A DNA stretch of 64,000 nucleotides from Octopus sinensis (lineage: Eukaryota), in assembly GCF_006345805.1 (NCBI RefSeq), contig NC_043004.1, positions 104,780,001 through 104,844,000 of the forward strand, read 5' to 3'. Of this stretch, positions 1 through 15,330 are shown piece by piece. The position numbers and the translations under genes are program-made. Below the pieces are notes generated by a model that worked only from the letters and a program-made list of their open reading frames with translations, did not search any database and was not told the DNA's origin. The stretch's first letter is position 1. Every line of letters starts with the position of its first letter.

Positions 1-116
1 TAGCACCTTGGGCAGGTGTCTTCTACTATAGCTTCGGGCCAACCAAAGCCTTGTGAGTGGATTTGGTAGACGGAAACTGAAAGAGGCCCGTCGTATATAT
101 GTATATATATATACAT

Positions 117-174
<58 letters not shown>

Positions 175-415
175 CTATATGTATGTATGTATTGTATGTA
201 TGTGTTGGTTGTATGGTGTCCCCTGCCCCCAACATCGCTTGACAGCCGATGCTGGTGTGTTTACGTCCCCATAACTTAGCTGTTCGGCAAAAGAGACTGA
301 TAGAATAAGTACTTGGCTTACAAAGAATAAGTCCTAGTGTCGATTTGTTCGACTAAAGGCGGTGCTCCAGCATGGCCGCAGTCAAATGACTGAAACAAGT
401 AAAAGAGTAAAAGAG
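1..415 (+). mobile_element. tRNA-derived CORE-type SINE, family A (5' end cut by window edge), with central (TA)n/(TG)n tract
   Basis: Matches the full copies at 7571 and 57540: CORE-like ggcaccttgggcag, body gatttggtagacggaaactgaaag, tail catggccgcagtcaaatgactgaaacaagtaaaagag. Confidence 0.9.
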
Positions 416-559
416 CTTTAATTACACCTTCTGATAGCTAGATAATATTTTTCTTTTTTTTTTTTTTGTTAGATATGACTTCAAACGTGAAGAAATTCCA
501 TGCTGATGAGGATGTTAAAAATCAAATCACTGTTCTTCGTGAAACTGGCACAAGATACT

Positions 560-1385
560 CTGATTTCTTCAAGCTACTAAAGAGACGAAAGCCTCTGTTA
601 ACCAAGGAAAACGATAATAGCAAATTGCATTTTTGGCTAAACATGTCAACTGTGATTCGGACTTCTTTTAGAAAGTCTTCTGGAGTGATAAATCAATATT
701 TGAACTTCGTAATGATGCGGCCTAACACTGTCTTTGCAGAGCTTTGTCAGAGATTTCATCCTTATTGTTTTTCAACGACAGGAGGAAGAATGGTGTAGGT
801 GGAATTATGGCATACGGTGCATTTTTATCTGCAGATGTTGGTGAGCTTATAACTTTAACATCTGCAGATTACTTCCTTGGAATATACAAAACTGCTAGAA
901 AAAGGAATACTTCCTGGTTTCCAAACATTATTTCTTGCCATCTTTATATATAAAAGAGAGGTTGTGTGTTTGTCTCCTACGATTTAGATTCCTAACTACT
1001 CCCACATTTTGCGGTGCAGTTTAACCAAAACCGGGTATCTTATAGTCGTGATTCATACGAGCCCTTTGGATATTAGCGCGCGTCTTACGATGAGTCTACG
1101 ATAAAAAAAAAAATTACCATCATTTTTTCCATTTTAATGCATTTTTTCGCTATTATATAAGGGAAGTAACTCTCTAAAAATATCTACGATGAGTCAACGA
1201 TTTAAAAAAAATTTACCATAATTTTTTTTCCATTTTTAATGCATTTATTTTTGCTATTTTTTGGCTATAACTCTCTAAAAATGCTTATATAGTTATTTCC
1301 CTTACAAACCCGAGCAACGCCGGGCGATACTGCTAGTAAAAAATAAAAAGAAACAGTAATTTGCAATATGATGATGGCCACAAAG
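560..1385 (+). pseudogene. Degenerate Tc1-like transposase remnant, interrupted by a Helitron
   Basis: Frameshifted peptides KRRKPLLTKEN, RKVFWSDKSIFE (WSDESKF-like), GVGGIMAYGAF (GGGSVMVWG-like), and after the Helitron VILQYDDGHK (FQQDNDPKH-like). Confidence 0.6.
941..1336 (+). mobile_element. Non-autonomous Helitron, copy 1 (396 bp)
   Basis: Inserted between A and T; 5'-TC; 3' hairpin cccgagcaacgccggg followed by CTAG; near-identical to 10082-10476. Confidence 0.88.
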
Positions 1386-1680
1386 GTAAAAAGAAAAGGG
1401 GGAAAAAAGAGAAAAGAATAAAACAGTGAAAATGATGTGATTAGGTCAGAGTTCAGATTTGAATTCAGATGAACTTATAGGAAATATTTGGGTATATTGT
1501 CGGTACAAACGTATTGGTAGCAACATTTGCAAATTCTGGTCAACCTTGGCAAACTGCGAATAAGAATCGGACAATACTGTCATTTCTTGGTACAAATAAA
1601 TGAATAAATAAATAAATAAATAAAATCTCTGATTATTTGCACATGTAATTTTGCATGATATTCCAAAACTATCAACATAT

Positions 1681-1826
1681 TTTATGCCAGTAATATTATT
1701 TTCTTTTACCGAAAAGTATGGGAGACAACACCAGATATGTTTTGGCATTATTTTGTCCTCATCAAAACATGTCTGGTGTTGCCACCCATACTTCTCGGAA
1801 AAGGAAAATAATATTACTGCCTTAAA
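1681..1826. mobile_element. Short palindromic MITE (Kolobok-like termini possible)
   Basis: Arms of ~64 bp are reverse complements (cagtaatattattttc...gaaaataatattactg); right end reads ctgcc-TTAA. Confidence 0.6.
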
Positions 1827-1934
1827 ATTCATCCCTCACTTTTATCAAGATAGTTAGCAATTTGGTGGTCTACTTATCTTGCTCGCTCACCGGGTAACAT
1901 GGTAAGTACCTCCAGGTATCTAGTGCGAGGGCTT

Positions 1935-4100
<2,166 letters not shown>

Positions 4101-4857
4101 ATATACACACAGAGAGGTGTGTGTATATGTATGTGTGTGTGTGTGCCTGTGTTTGTGTGTGTGTTTGTGTGTGTCTGCGTTTATAGACGCAGAGGGTGTG
4201 AAGTGCAATTTTATTTTTTATACCCTTTGTTCTGATTTTGTTCTACCCCTTATTGTCATCCCTATTCTATGTGCATTTTTGCATCTGCTGCTTGCCATTC
4301 TTCAATTTAAACACCATTAAACAAAATGAAAAAAACCGCTTACTTGCCAAATTAAAATGTTTTTAAAGCTGACAATCCTTTTTCGCCAAGTTTTGTGGTG
4401 CAGCAAGAACCACACACGGTTGATGGGAAAGCCCTCTGCCATATAAGCTGTCAACCGAAATGATTTAGTGCAACCGCAAACCCCAAGCACCTAATATGCC
4501 TTCTGCCCTTCCCATTCGGTTGACAACCATACTGTGCTCTTTGACATGCAATGGTTAAACCAGCACCGCTCAAACTGACAGAATCCACCCACAAATAATT
4601 CTTTTATTCTTTTATACTTTTACATGTTTCATTCAATGGCCTTTAAGTGTTTTAGCGAATCAAATGGATCCCAGTACTTACTTTCCTCTGGTGCTTATTC
4701 TACCCGTACCTTTTTTGCTGAAACGCAAAGTATAGCGGTAATATTTATCTCCGCTTAAATGTGGATATTCTGTTTTGACAAACTATACTGCAATAGCTAC
4801 CATGAAAGAAACTCTCATATTGGCTTTTAGAGGAAAATGTACCTTTGTCTATATCGT

Positions 4858-5032
4858 TAGCGGGGTAAGATAAATCCCCGGCACTTCCCGCCCCAAGACC
4901 ATTAGATCACGGGATTTCGACTTTCTTTGGTCTTGTTAATGACGGATGTTCGACCGCTCGATCAAGGAAAGTCGAAATTTCGTGATCGAGTGGTCTCAGT
5001 GCTGGAGATGGCAGGGATTTATTTCCCTACTA
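4858..5032. mobile_element. Foldback MITE (~175 bp) flanked by TA
   Basis: gataaatccc / gggatttat and gatcacgggatttcgactttctttggtc / gatcaaggaaagtcgaaatttcgtgatc are inverted pairs; TA on both sides. Confidence 0.6.
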
Positions 5033-5240
5033 GAGACATAAAAAAAAAGCGTACATTTGGCATCAAAGTCCAATATGGGAGTTTCTCTCATGGTAACTAT
5101 CGCAGTATAGTTTGATCTGATAGAACATCCACGTTTAATTGAGGATAAGTATTACTTCTCGATATTAATACTACCATTGTCGCTAATAAATATAAGTTTT
5201 AGGTACGTCGACGCGCTTGGTTGTCTAACGGTAAGGCACG

Positions 5241-5290
<50 letters not shown>

Positions 5291-6057
5291 ACTCGGACTC
5301 ACGCACACGAGCATACACGACCGGCTTGCACACAGTTTCCATCAAAGAAATCCTCTCACAAGGCATTGGTTGGCCAGAAGATATAGTAAAAGACACTTGC
5401 CTAATATGTCATGCAGTGGGGCTGAAAGCGAAGTCATAAGGTTGAGAAAGGACATTTTTAATCATTGAGTTATTCTTGCTCCTAAAAATACCAAGATCTC
5501 ACCGAGACTTCTGTTAAATGCTTTTCACCCCTTCTCCACTCTTTCTAAACAGAGTTTGCATTCCATGCAATTCTGTTTCCTTTGCTAAGGTATCGAATAT
5601 AGTGACTACCACCCACTCATCCTTCACAGCCCTCTGGATGAGGTTGCCCATCCCCTATAGGAAATACCAGGTTAACGAGCATCTAAGCCATCTGAATATG
5701 TTCCGATATCACACAGAGGTCTCTTGTTTTGTTGCGTATTGTATATTAAACAATGTGTGAGGTCAGATGACAAATATGAAGCTAAGTGTCCACTACGTGG
5801 GCGGACAAAGGAGGCTTGGTTGGACGGAGACAAATGTTCTGCTTCTTCTATGTCTGTTATATTTTATTTATTTTATTTTATTTTTATATCGAGTAAAATA
5901 CTTTGACCTACTGTTATTTTTATTACAGCAAGTTGGTATTCGTGAAAAATCCTTTGGGGAAAAAAATGCTGGATTTTATAGATAATCACTTGCAAAAAAC
6001 TATATTTATATCTTCCTTTCTTTCCTCTATATTATTTAATAAATAGTAATATATATA

Positions 6058-6280
6058 TTACTGGCAGAAACGCTAGCACGCCGGGTGAAATGCTTAGCTG
6101 TATTTCGTCTGTCGTTACGTTCAGAGTTCAAATTCCGCCGAGGTCGACTTTGCCTTTCATCCTTTCGGGGTCGATAAATTAAGTACCAGTTACGCACTGT
6201 GGTCGATGTAATCGACTCAATCCCTTTGTCTGTCCTTGTTTGTCCCCTCTGTATTTAGCCCTTGTGGGTAGTAAATGAAT
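6058..6280 (+). mobile_element. tRNA-derived SINE, family B (Meta/MESC-like core), tail type 1
   Basis: B-box-like gagttcaaattcc; core gtcgactttgcctttcatcctttcggggtcgataaattaagtaccag; tail gtccttgtttgtcccctctg...ccttgtggg. Confidence 0.88.
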
Positions 6281-6348
6281 ATATATATATATATTATATA
6301 TATATTATATATATATATTATATATATATATATTTGCATGCATAACCA

Positions 6349-6574
6349 CCGTATTTGAGAGCATAAAGTTTGCACAAGGCCTATCAGGCACACTTCACTT
6401 TCAACAGCGCATATTGATAAAAAAATAAGTGTTTAGTACATCAAAGATTACGTGATGTCCAACTTCACATATCGGATCCGGGGTGATTAAAACTTTTTTG
6501 TTGAGACATTTTCTTAAGAAGAAAAGTGTGTCTTATATGTTTTTATGAGTCTTATATACCGACATCAAATACGG
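6349..6574. mobile_element. Degenerate pogo/Tc2-like MITE
   Basis: TIR ccgtatttg...caaatacgg followed by TA; subterminal gtgtgtcttata motif as recalled for this group. Confidence 0.5.
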
Positions 6575-6699
6575 TATATATAAGTTATATATGTATAGTT
6601 AAACTTAGAATGTAGATTTCTACTCAGTGTCCAGCTAACTGTCTAACAAAATACAGCAAAACGGTGAAAATATCATAGCAGCTAATTGCCTTTGTTACT

Positions 6700-7150
6700 C
6701 ATTTCAAGGGAACGGACAAACAAAGAGGAGACACACTGCCAATTATATCAGCAGATGTATGAGTTTTCGCTTATTACTCTGACCGGGTTAAGTGTGAAAA
6801 GCAGAATTGTTAGGACGGTGTTGTAGTGATATCCCGGAGTGCGTTGAAGTGTTGTGACAGCGACTGAACGTACATTAGCAACGAATAGGAAAGTCAGAAC
6901 TTGTTGCAGCAAATATTTTTGTATCGTTGCTGAAGCAGATGGTCTTTTATTCCGATTACATTTATTCAGTGCTGTAGATGGCTTATGTGTGAGGTCTGTG
7001 TTTAGTCTGTGATCATGTGGAGTGTGATATTTGTATTTGCTGTAGTTTGTTATGATTTGATGTGAAGGGATTGGAGACCCAGGTAAGAATAGCAGACTCT
7101 ACGATGGATTGTTTCTTTACTGATAGAGCAGTCTCTATGTAGTAATTTTT
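6700..7150 (-). pseudogene. Highly degenerate non-LTR (I/Jockey-like) RT C-terminal remnant
   Basis: Minus-strand peptide AILTWVSNPFTSNHNKLQQIQ parallels YASPVWVSTISKTNHNKLCQ near 37950. Confidence 0.35.
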
Positions 7151-7435
7151 TACCAATAAATTTAATGTTCTGATGTCACTAGGAATAGCGCAAATGGAGA
7201 CACTAAATCTTTAAAAATCTCCATGCTTCCTGAAATCTGGCAACAGTAAACCTGATGGCCTTTTAAAATTTTTTTTTAAAGTTGTAGTGCACCTGAGCAC
7301 TGCATACAACAATTTTCTTCATTATATATACATACAAACATTAACATGTATTTATATTTGTTGTATCACGAAGAACCAGAGACTAATATTCTGGAGAAAT
7401 GTTTTAGAAAACTCCACTTTTATGTGTGTGTATGT

Positions 7436-7478
<43 letters not shown>

Positions 7479-7494
7479 AATATATATATATATA

Positions 7495-7570
<76 letters not shown>

Positions 7571-7572
<2 letters not shown>

Positions 7573-7960
7573 CGCAGGAGTGGCTTGTGTGGTAAGGAGC
7601 TTGCTAACCAACCACATAGCATCTTGGTCAAGTGTCTTCTGCTATAGCCCCGGGCCGACCAATGCCTTGTGAGTGGATTTGGTAGACGGAAACTGAAAGA
7701 AGCCTGTCGTATATATATTATATATATATATAATATATCTATATGTGCGTGTATGTGTTTGTGTGTCTGTGTTTGTCTCCCTAGTATTGCTTGACAACCG
7801 ATGCTGGTGTGTTTATGTCCCCGTCACTTAGCGGTTCGGCAAAAGAGACCAATAGAATAAGTACTGGGCTTACAAAGAATAAGTCCCGGTGTCGAGTTGC
7901 TCGACTAAAGGCGGTGCTCCAGCATGGCCGCAGTCAAATGACTGAAACAAGTAAAAGAGA
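7571..7960 (+). mobile_element. SINE family A, near full length
   Basis: Head ggcgcaggagtggcttgtgtggtaagg, central (TA)n, 3' tail tgactgaaacaagtaaaagag. Confidence 0.9.
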
Positions 7961-7971
7961 TAAAAAGAAAA

Positions 7972-8015
<44 letters not shown>

Positions 8016-8029
8016 TTAAATACGTATAC

Positions 8030-8312
8030 ATACATCACGAGATCATGTGATCGACCACACTATCAGATGTTGTTAAACGCCGCTGGTCACAATGCGCTTG
8101 GAATCGTTTTCGCTTTCAAATGATGCCACGTCACTGGTTTGGTGATCAGACCAATAGTTCATCACAGGGTCACCAATTTACAGTTGAATGGACTGGAACA
8201 ACGTGAAATGAAGTATTTAATTAAAAATCACAACATGCCACTCGGTCCGAGATTTGAACCGGCAATCGCTAGATCACGAGTGCAATATCCTAACCACAAG
8301 ACCACGCGCCTT
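8030..8312 (-). mobile_element. tRNA-headed SINE, family C, distinct tail
   Basis: Minus strand starts gaaggcgcgtggtcttgtggttaggatattgcactc...ggttcaaatctc (A and B boxes); shares the ttcatttcacgttgttccagtcca segment with the copy at 29527. Confidence 0.75.
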
Positions 8313-8635
8313 CATTATATATATATATATATCTCTTATTATAAAAGGCAGATTTTATCTGCCTCCCTTTGGGAGTTATACAAATCTACAATATAGGATT
8401 TCTTCAATTACAATTTACCTAGCATTTTTAAGAGTACAATGCATCGCGTCATGCCAGGTCCAGTTTTTAAAATTTAAACTCCAATTAAGAAAAATTTACA
8501 GAAAACTCACATTCTGGTGTGTGTGTCAAATGCTTTTCTTAGTCTGGTTTACACCACACGCAACGCACACACACAGTGGGTGCAATGAATAAACTGAAAC
8601 TAATTCACTGTGTGTTGACAGGTAGAAAATAGAAT

Positions 8636-8760
8636 GCGATGGCGATGGCTTGGCGATGGCTATGGCGATGGCTATGGCGATGCGATGGCTATGGCGATGG
8701 CGATGGCTATGGCGATGCCGATGGCTATGGCGATGGCGATGGCTATGGCGATGGCGATGT
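8636..8760. repeat. GC-rich hexamer minisatellite (GGCGAT/GGCTAT)n
   Basis: About 20 interleaved units directly visible. Confidence 0.9.
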
Positions 8761-9164
8761 AATATTTGTTTCTCCTCTATGACGCTCATAAAAGCATTGA
8801 TGTACATGTGTGCGTGCGTGAGTGTGTGTTTGTCATTCCTCACACACACGCATACACATACATATATGAGAGTGGCAAACACAAACGTTTCAAACAACTA
8901 CATACAAACACGGTGTGTTTTGTTATTAGTAAAAAAAAGGCGCCCAAACAACAACTCACTTATCATTTCAACACATTTGCAAGACACACGGACGGTCGAA
9001 TAACAATACAGAAAAGGTAAATTGGTTTTTATTTACTCTGTATATATTTTATTATATAATATTATATATAGATATATGTATATATAATTGCAGTATGAAA
9101 CAGTGTTTATGTATAAACAGACGACACTTTATATAGTTATTAATAAAAGTATGCATCCGTTTTA

Positions 9165-9969
9165 CCCTTTCGTTACCAAACCGCCCGAAAAAATTTTGGT
9201 TAATGTGACCCAGCCGCCCGAATTTACCTATTCATATTTCAATGAGAATATCAGAGTAAATCTCTTTAGAACATTCGTGAAAACACGTATTATACTTCTT
9301 AAACAGTTCAACTACAGTTTTGTACAAAAATCGAAGTGTAATTTTAATTCCGTGAATTATGGGAGATTTTTTTCCGAAATTTGTTCCTATTGTTTTTCAA
9401 AATTTGTAATTCTGACAAAAAATGGATACGAATTTCATTATATCAAGCAGCGAGTCAGAATTCGAAGGATTTTCTACTGAAGACTTCATAAATCTAACTC
9501 TATGACTGAAAAAAAAGCATGTGGTATTTGATCTCAACCTAAACAAAGCGAAAGAAACGATAGTTTGTTATTTCCCACAACCTTAAATGAAATTAAGGCC
9601 TATTTTGCCATAAATATTATTATGGGTATTAGAAAGTTACCCAGAATAACAAATTCTATCGTAAAAGTTTGTTGTATACCCAATTGAATATTAGCTAATA
9701 ACCCATTTTCTATAGCGATGTTTGAACAAAATTTTAATAATTTGATATATTGTTGAATTTACCTGTATCTACCTGCAATTAGAGTCACTTTGTGACAAAA
9801 ATTATAGTATAGAATTGGTTGAGAACATTTCACTAAATTATCTTCCAAAAATCAGATTAATATATTCATAAATAAAAAAGTTATAGTTGTTTAATGAAAC
9901 CAGACTAAATTTATGATTACGTTAGAAATTAATTGAAACACATAAGGGGTGTATTTTGGTCAGAAAGGG
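9165..9969 (+). mobile_element. Internally deleted piggyBac-like element
   Basis: TTTA-CCCTTTC ... GAAAGGG-TTAA termini; internal peptide PTTLNEIKAYFAINIIMGIRKLPRI (~9575-9650) resembles the piggyBac T..EIKAF.G..I.MG...LP motif. Confidence 0.78.
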
Positions 9970-10081
9970 TTAAGAAAAACCAAAAAATATTTTATTCTTT
10001 GTAAATGTTGTGTTCAAAATAACATTTTCTTTTAAGAATGTGTATATAACAAAGTATGTGTATATAACTACGTGGCTTATA

Positions 10082-10476
10082 TCTTTATATATAAGAGTGA
10101 AGTTGTGTGTCTGTCTCCTACGATTTAGATTCGTAACTACTCCCACATTTTGCGGTGTAGTTTAACCAAAAGCGGGTATCTTATAGTCGTGATTCATATC
10201 GAGCCCTTCTGGGTATTAGCGCGCGTCTACGATGAGTCTAACGATTTAAAAAAAATTTACCATCATATTTTTCCATTTTAATGCATATTTTTCGTTATTT
10301 ATAAGGGAAGTAACTCTCTAAAAATATCTACGATGTGTCAACGATTTAAAAAAAAATTACCTTAATTTTTTTCAATTTTTAATGCATTTTTTGCTATTTT
10401 TTGGCTATAACTCTCTAAAAATGCTTATATAGTTATTTCCCTTACAAACCCGAGCAACGCCGGGCGATACTGCTAG
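10082..10476 (+). mobile_element. Non-autonomous Helitron, copy 2 (395 bp)
   Basis: A|TC start, cccgagcaacgccggg hairpin, CTAG|T end; near-identical to 941-1336. Confidence 0.88.
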
Positions 10477-11001
10477 TATATATATAAACACATGTGCACG
10501 CGTGCATATATCTATATATATTCAGAGTACTTATATTCGTGGGTCATGAAGAAATATTTATATGGAAACATGACCATATGTTTACTAAACATTTTAAATT
10601 TGCTGTGAAAATAAATTCTCTGGATACGCCACAGAGCATTCATCAGCTTGAAATGGGGATCGATTAGTTTTGTCTTCAATAAACCATCAACAAAGATTGC
10701 TTACGTCTGCCATTCAAACTGTGGTGGAGGTGGTGTGTGTACAGTCTGGGATGGAACACAGCGCGTTGCCTTGTGTTGTCTGCAATATAGCGTGCTTTGT
10801 TGACAGATTGCGGGAAGGAGGAGACAAAACCCACACCCAAACATATGCACACACGTACATACATACATGCATACATACATACATGCATACATACATACAT
10901 ACATACATAATACATAGATACATACATACATAATAGATACATACATACATACATACACACACACATGTTCACATACATACATACATGCATACATACATAC
11001 A

Positions 11002-11035
<34 letters not shown>

Positions 11036-11087
11036 CATACATACATACATACATACATACATAATACATACAAACATACATAATACA

Positions 11088-11121
<34 letters not shown>

Positions 11122-11149
11122 CATACATACATACACACATACATACATA

Positions 11150-11738
11150 ACAGTGAAAAAGAGAGCACCTATGCTGAACTATTGAGAAATCTGCAGTTGC
11201 TCTATCCAGATTACAAGTCCAGGTTTATACCTGTAAATATTGGAGCCCTGGGATATGTAACACACTGCCTAAATACCAATCTTGAGAAATTAGGCTTCTC
11301 AAAACCAGAAAGGAGAAAGATAACTCGAAGACTACAGATATAATCACTGGAACTGTACAAATCTGTAAAACTTTCCAGAAGTTCATCATTTAAATATATA
11401 TGAGTATATCTAGATGTGCAACTATATGCATGATAATACATACATAAAACATACAAATCAACACATACATAAAACATACAAATCAACACATACATACATA
11501 CATACATACATACATACATACATACATACATGCATGCATGCATGCATGCATACATACATACATACATACATACATACATACATACATACATACATACATA
11601 CATACATACATAGAAGTAAAGAAACAAAAATACTCTGTTGTTGATGCTGAAATTCCAGTGAAGGAGACTTGGATCTAGGTTAGAAACCGGTTCTTTCTCT
11701 ATTGGCAAAAAAATCTTGAAATAAAACTGAATAATGAC
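11150..11738 (+). mobile_element. R4/Dong-type non-LTR element, 5'-truncated copy in (CATA)n
   Basis: Frameshifted SEKESTYAELLRNLQLLYPDYK...FQKFII* homologous to 51249-51617; same 3' UTR ending aataatgac; (CATA)n-type repeats on both sides. Confidence 0.85.
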
Positions 11739-12789
11739 ATACAAACAAACATACATACATACACACAAACATGCTTACACATACACATATATACATGCGC
11801 ACGCAAAAGACATGGGATTAGGTAGGAGAAGCCTAGCCGATTACATCAACCTCAGCACTTGACTTGTGCTTTATTTTATCGATTCCTAAAGAACGAAAAG
11901 CGAAGTCGACCTCGACGGCATTTGAGCTCAGAACTGAAAGAAGTGGAAGAAATGCCTCAAAACTTTCTTCTTCGACATACAAATGATTCAGTTGATTCGC
12001 TGTTTTACGTAACTATATAATGGGATCTAAAGTAACTAATGACCATGATAAAGCTACATCATTTATTTGTTTCAGTCATTAGACTGCGGCCATGCTGGAG
12101 CACAACCTTCAATAATTCTTTTCTTTTTCTTTTTTTTTTTAGTCGCATGACTCGCTCCCTTGTTTTAAGCCTGGTATTTATCCTATCGGTCTCTTGCCGA
12201 ACCGCTAAGTTACGAGGATGTAGACAAACCAACACCAGCTGTCAATCAGTAGAAAGAGAAAACACCGTCATACACACACACCACACACACCACACACGTA
12301 TACACACACTTACACACACACACATACACACACACACATCTGGAGTCGTGTGATAAGGAAGCAAGCTTCTTGCTACACGGCCACGCCTGTGCCTATGCAT
12401 AGTTGGTATCAAAAAGATTAATTAGAAAAACTCTACGTAATGAATAATACAAGACGTACAATAATGCCCGTAATTTTATATCACTTGCCTTCGTATTCAA
12501 GGTGACTTAACTTGTTCCCACCTGTATTGCTTCTTATATACAATACGTGGGAATCAGTCTTCGTACAACCTAGAGGTAACAATGTAGTCAGGTGGTAAAA
12601 CTTGATTTGATAATCAAGATTTGTGTCGATGCCAGCCGTTGTTTGTGTCATGCAGCTGACGAAATATGGGCAGTGGACCGTTTGACAATCTAGGTGCAGA
12701 AAATGAAATAAAATAAAATAAAATAAAATAAAATAAAACAGACAAAGAAATAGTGATAATAACGGTTTCATTTATTTGCCACTAGGGCG

Positions 12790-12795
12790 GAGAAT

Positions 12796-12846
<51 letters not shown>

Positions 12847-12931
12847 TAATAATAATAATAATATAATAATAATAATAATAAATGATGATGATGATGATGA
12901 TGATGATGATAATAATAATAATAATAATAAC

Positions 12932-12987
<56 letters not shown>

Positions 12988-13005
12988 ATAATGAATAAAT
13001 AAATA
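12790..13005. repeat. (AAT)n/(GAT)n microsatellite
   Basis: Directly visible. Confidence 0.95.
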
Positions 13006-14166
13006 AATGATATATAGAACGTGGTAGGGTCAGCTCAAAGATTATTCAGTTCACCGATCCCGATCGATGAAGCTGAAGGTTTGAGGAAAGGTGAACGAGG
13101 GGTCAGCAACAACGTGTGGGTTCGACTGAATCATTTGACAGTCAGTATCATGGCGTATAATTTGAAGAAAAAAAAAAAGGATTTTTGAAGAAGCTTCTAT
13201 TTTCAATGCAGGGAGTGAAGAACAGGAATATTGATTTCTTAAGTTAAATAGACACAAAAATCTTAGAATTTAAGGAGCAATTAATTGAATGTGTGTGTGA
13301 TTATTATGTCTTTCTTAAAAATACTAAGCGAAGGTAAATAGCTTTAATAGAAACTCAGAATTGGAACATGTAATTGGTTGGCTGAGGTGAACGAACCGAT
13401 CGTCTCAGCCCAGCTGACTTCGTTCCAGAAAATAAAAGATAGTTTTCGTTAGTGTTTTTATTTTATTTTGGGATATATAATATTCCTCAAATAAGGCGGC
13501 GTCTTTACGTTCTGAGTTCAAATTCCGCCGGTGTTGACTTTGCCTCTCAGGATCTTTGTGGTTATCGTCACTGTTTATAACTATCTTTAAAAATTTCTTT
13601 TAATGTATCATATAGAAGTAATCTTTGACGCCGAATCCGAATTTATTATTCAGTTATTCTAGAAAAATTTTACAGTTTGATAATTCTCAGAATTTTCAGA
13701 CAATCACAAAACAGTTCGCTCATTCCCGCTACCAAAGTGCAAACAGGTATTTGCACCTCGGGCAATTATCTTCCATTATTGTTTCGGTTCGAACAATGCC
13801 TTGTGACTGAATTTGGTTGACGCAAACACTGAAGAAGACCGGTGCGCACACACAAACACATAATACATGTATGTATGTATTTATGGACATATGTATGTGT
13901 AAGTATGCATGTATGTATGTATGTATACATGCATCCATGCGTGTATATGCATGCATGCATGTAAGCATATATGTGTGTGTGTGCGCGCGCGCGCGTACGT
14001 GTGTGCATGCGCGTATCTGCGTTAGTATTGTGGTTGTACCCCACCCACTAGACAACTGGTACTGATTTGTTTACAACCCGTAAATTAGCAGTTTGCCAAA
14101 AGATACCGATAGAATCAGTGCCAGACTTTAAAAAAATAAGTAATGGGGTCACTAGTTCGACTAAAC

Positions 14167-14405
14167 CAGAGGTTCTCAAGGCCCCTTTAATTCGTATTTT
14201 ACTTAGGGGTAGACCCTCACACACATTCGATGTCTAAAAACTACTGTTATATCTTTATGATTAAATATTATTAGGAATTGTGTACAAAACTGTTTATATA
14301 TTTTGAGTGCTGTAGAAATATAACCAGTGAATGGCACATAAATTTTAACAACAAAATGTTATATAGACCCTCGAGGGCCATATGGACTCCGGTTGAGAAC
14401 CACTG
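14167..14405. mobile_element. hAT (Charlie-like) MITE inserted in a degenerate family A SINE (14040-14470)
   Basis: TIRs cagaggttctcaa / ttgagaaccactg; imperfect 8-bp TSD gactaaac / gattaatc. Confidence 0.75.
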
Positions 14406-14949
14406 GATTAATCACTCAAGGCAGTGCCCCATTGTGGCTGCAGTCTAATGAGGGGAGATAAGTAAAAGAAAGGATAAAAGATACAAGACGACGCTGAGCT
14501 GAGAGTATTCGTTCGTTGTTTCCTCTCATGCAATCAATCACGAATGAAAAGAGGTGGGAGTTAATGGCGTTAAAACAAACAACTTGTGGAACACTGGCAA
14601 TGATGCGTAAAAAAATACAAGATTAATTGCACTTTCGAAAAGTGATCCCTGCCTTCCAGAGTTCACCCGCCCCCTTTTCATTGCATCAATCATAGGGAAC
14701 AATTTGTAACCAGATACTTATCGTGAGAAGATTTAAGAAATTTGTACTTGATATTGTTTATTTCATTCCTTTAAATGCTTAAAGACCCACCGATATTTCA
14801 GAAATTTTATTTTAAGATGAATCCAGTAATTTCTATAACATTTCAGGTGGCTGTCAACCAGCGATCTCTTCAAAAAAGCTCGCGGATATGTCGCGGTCTT
14901 TGGAGCATCATTTTGTAGCTGCGAATGGGACCTTTTCTAAAGAAAAGAA

Positions 14950-15330
14950 CCTAGAACTAGAAAACATTTAGCCAAAAAACTAGAAAAGAACCGCAACTAC
15001 GAAATGATGGTCGCACGTAGGATCTGATGAACCTTTCTGATATAAGAAATAACTTATGAGCTCTCAACTTGGCATTCAAGAAGGAGAAGATAGCTTTTGA
15101 TCGTACTAATAGGATTTTAAGCTTCCAAAATTAAATAAAAGTTTTTCAAAAGGAAAAATTGTCAAGGAACTTAAGTCACTTTCCGAATCTCTGTAGAAGA
15201 GTAGACAATTCCCTGGTATTGGAGATCACAAACTGGAATAACAACGATGTACATTACAAAGATTACTTTGCAAAACATTCATGACTAGTGTTGTCTAATT
15301 TTGGAACCTTTAATTTCAGAACCATCTGCC
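14950..15330 (+). pseudogene. Degenerate hAT transposase remnant (GTF2IRD2/SPIN-like C-terminal part)
   Basis: Peptide DLMNLSDIRNNL*ALNLAFK...SFQN*IKVF...LSHFPNL resembles the family pattern DL.FL.DI..HLNELNL.LQG...F..KL.LF....HFP.L. Confidence 0.45.
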
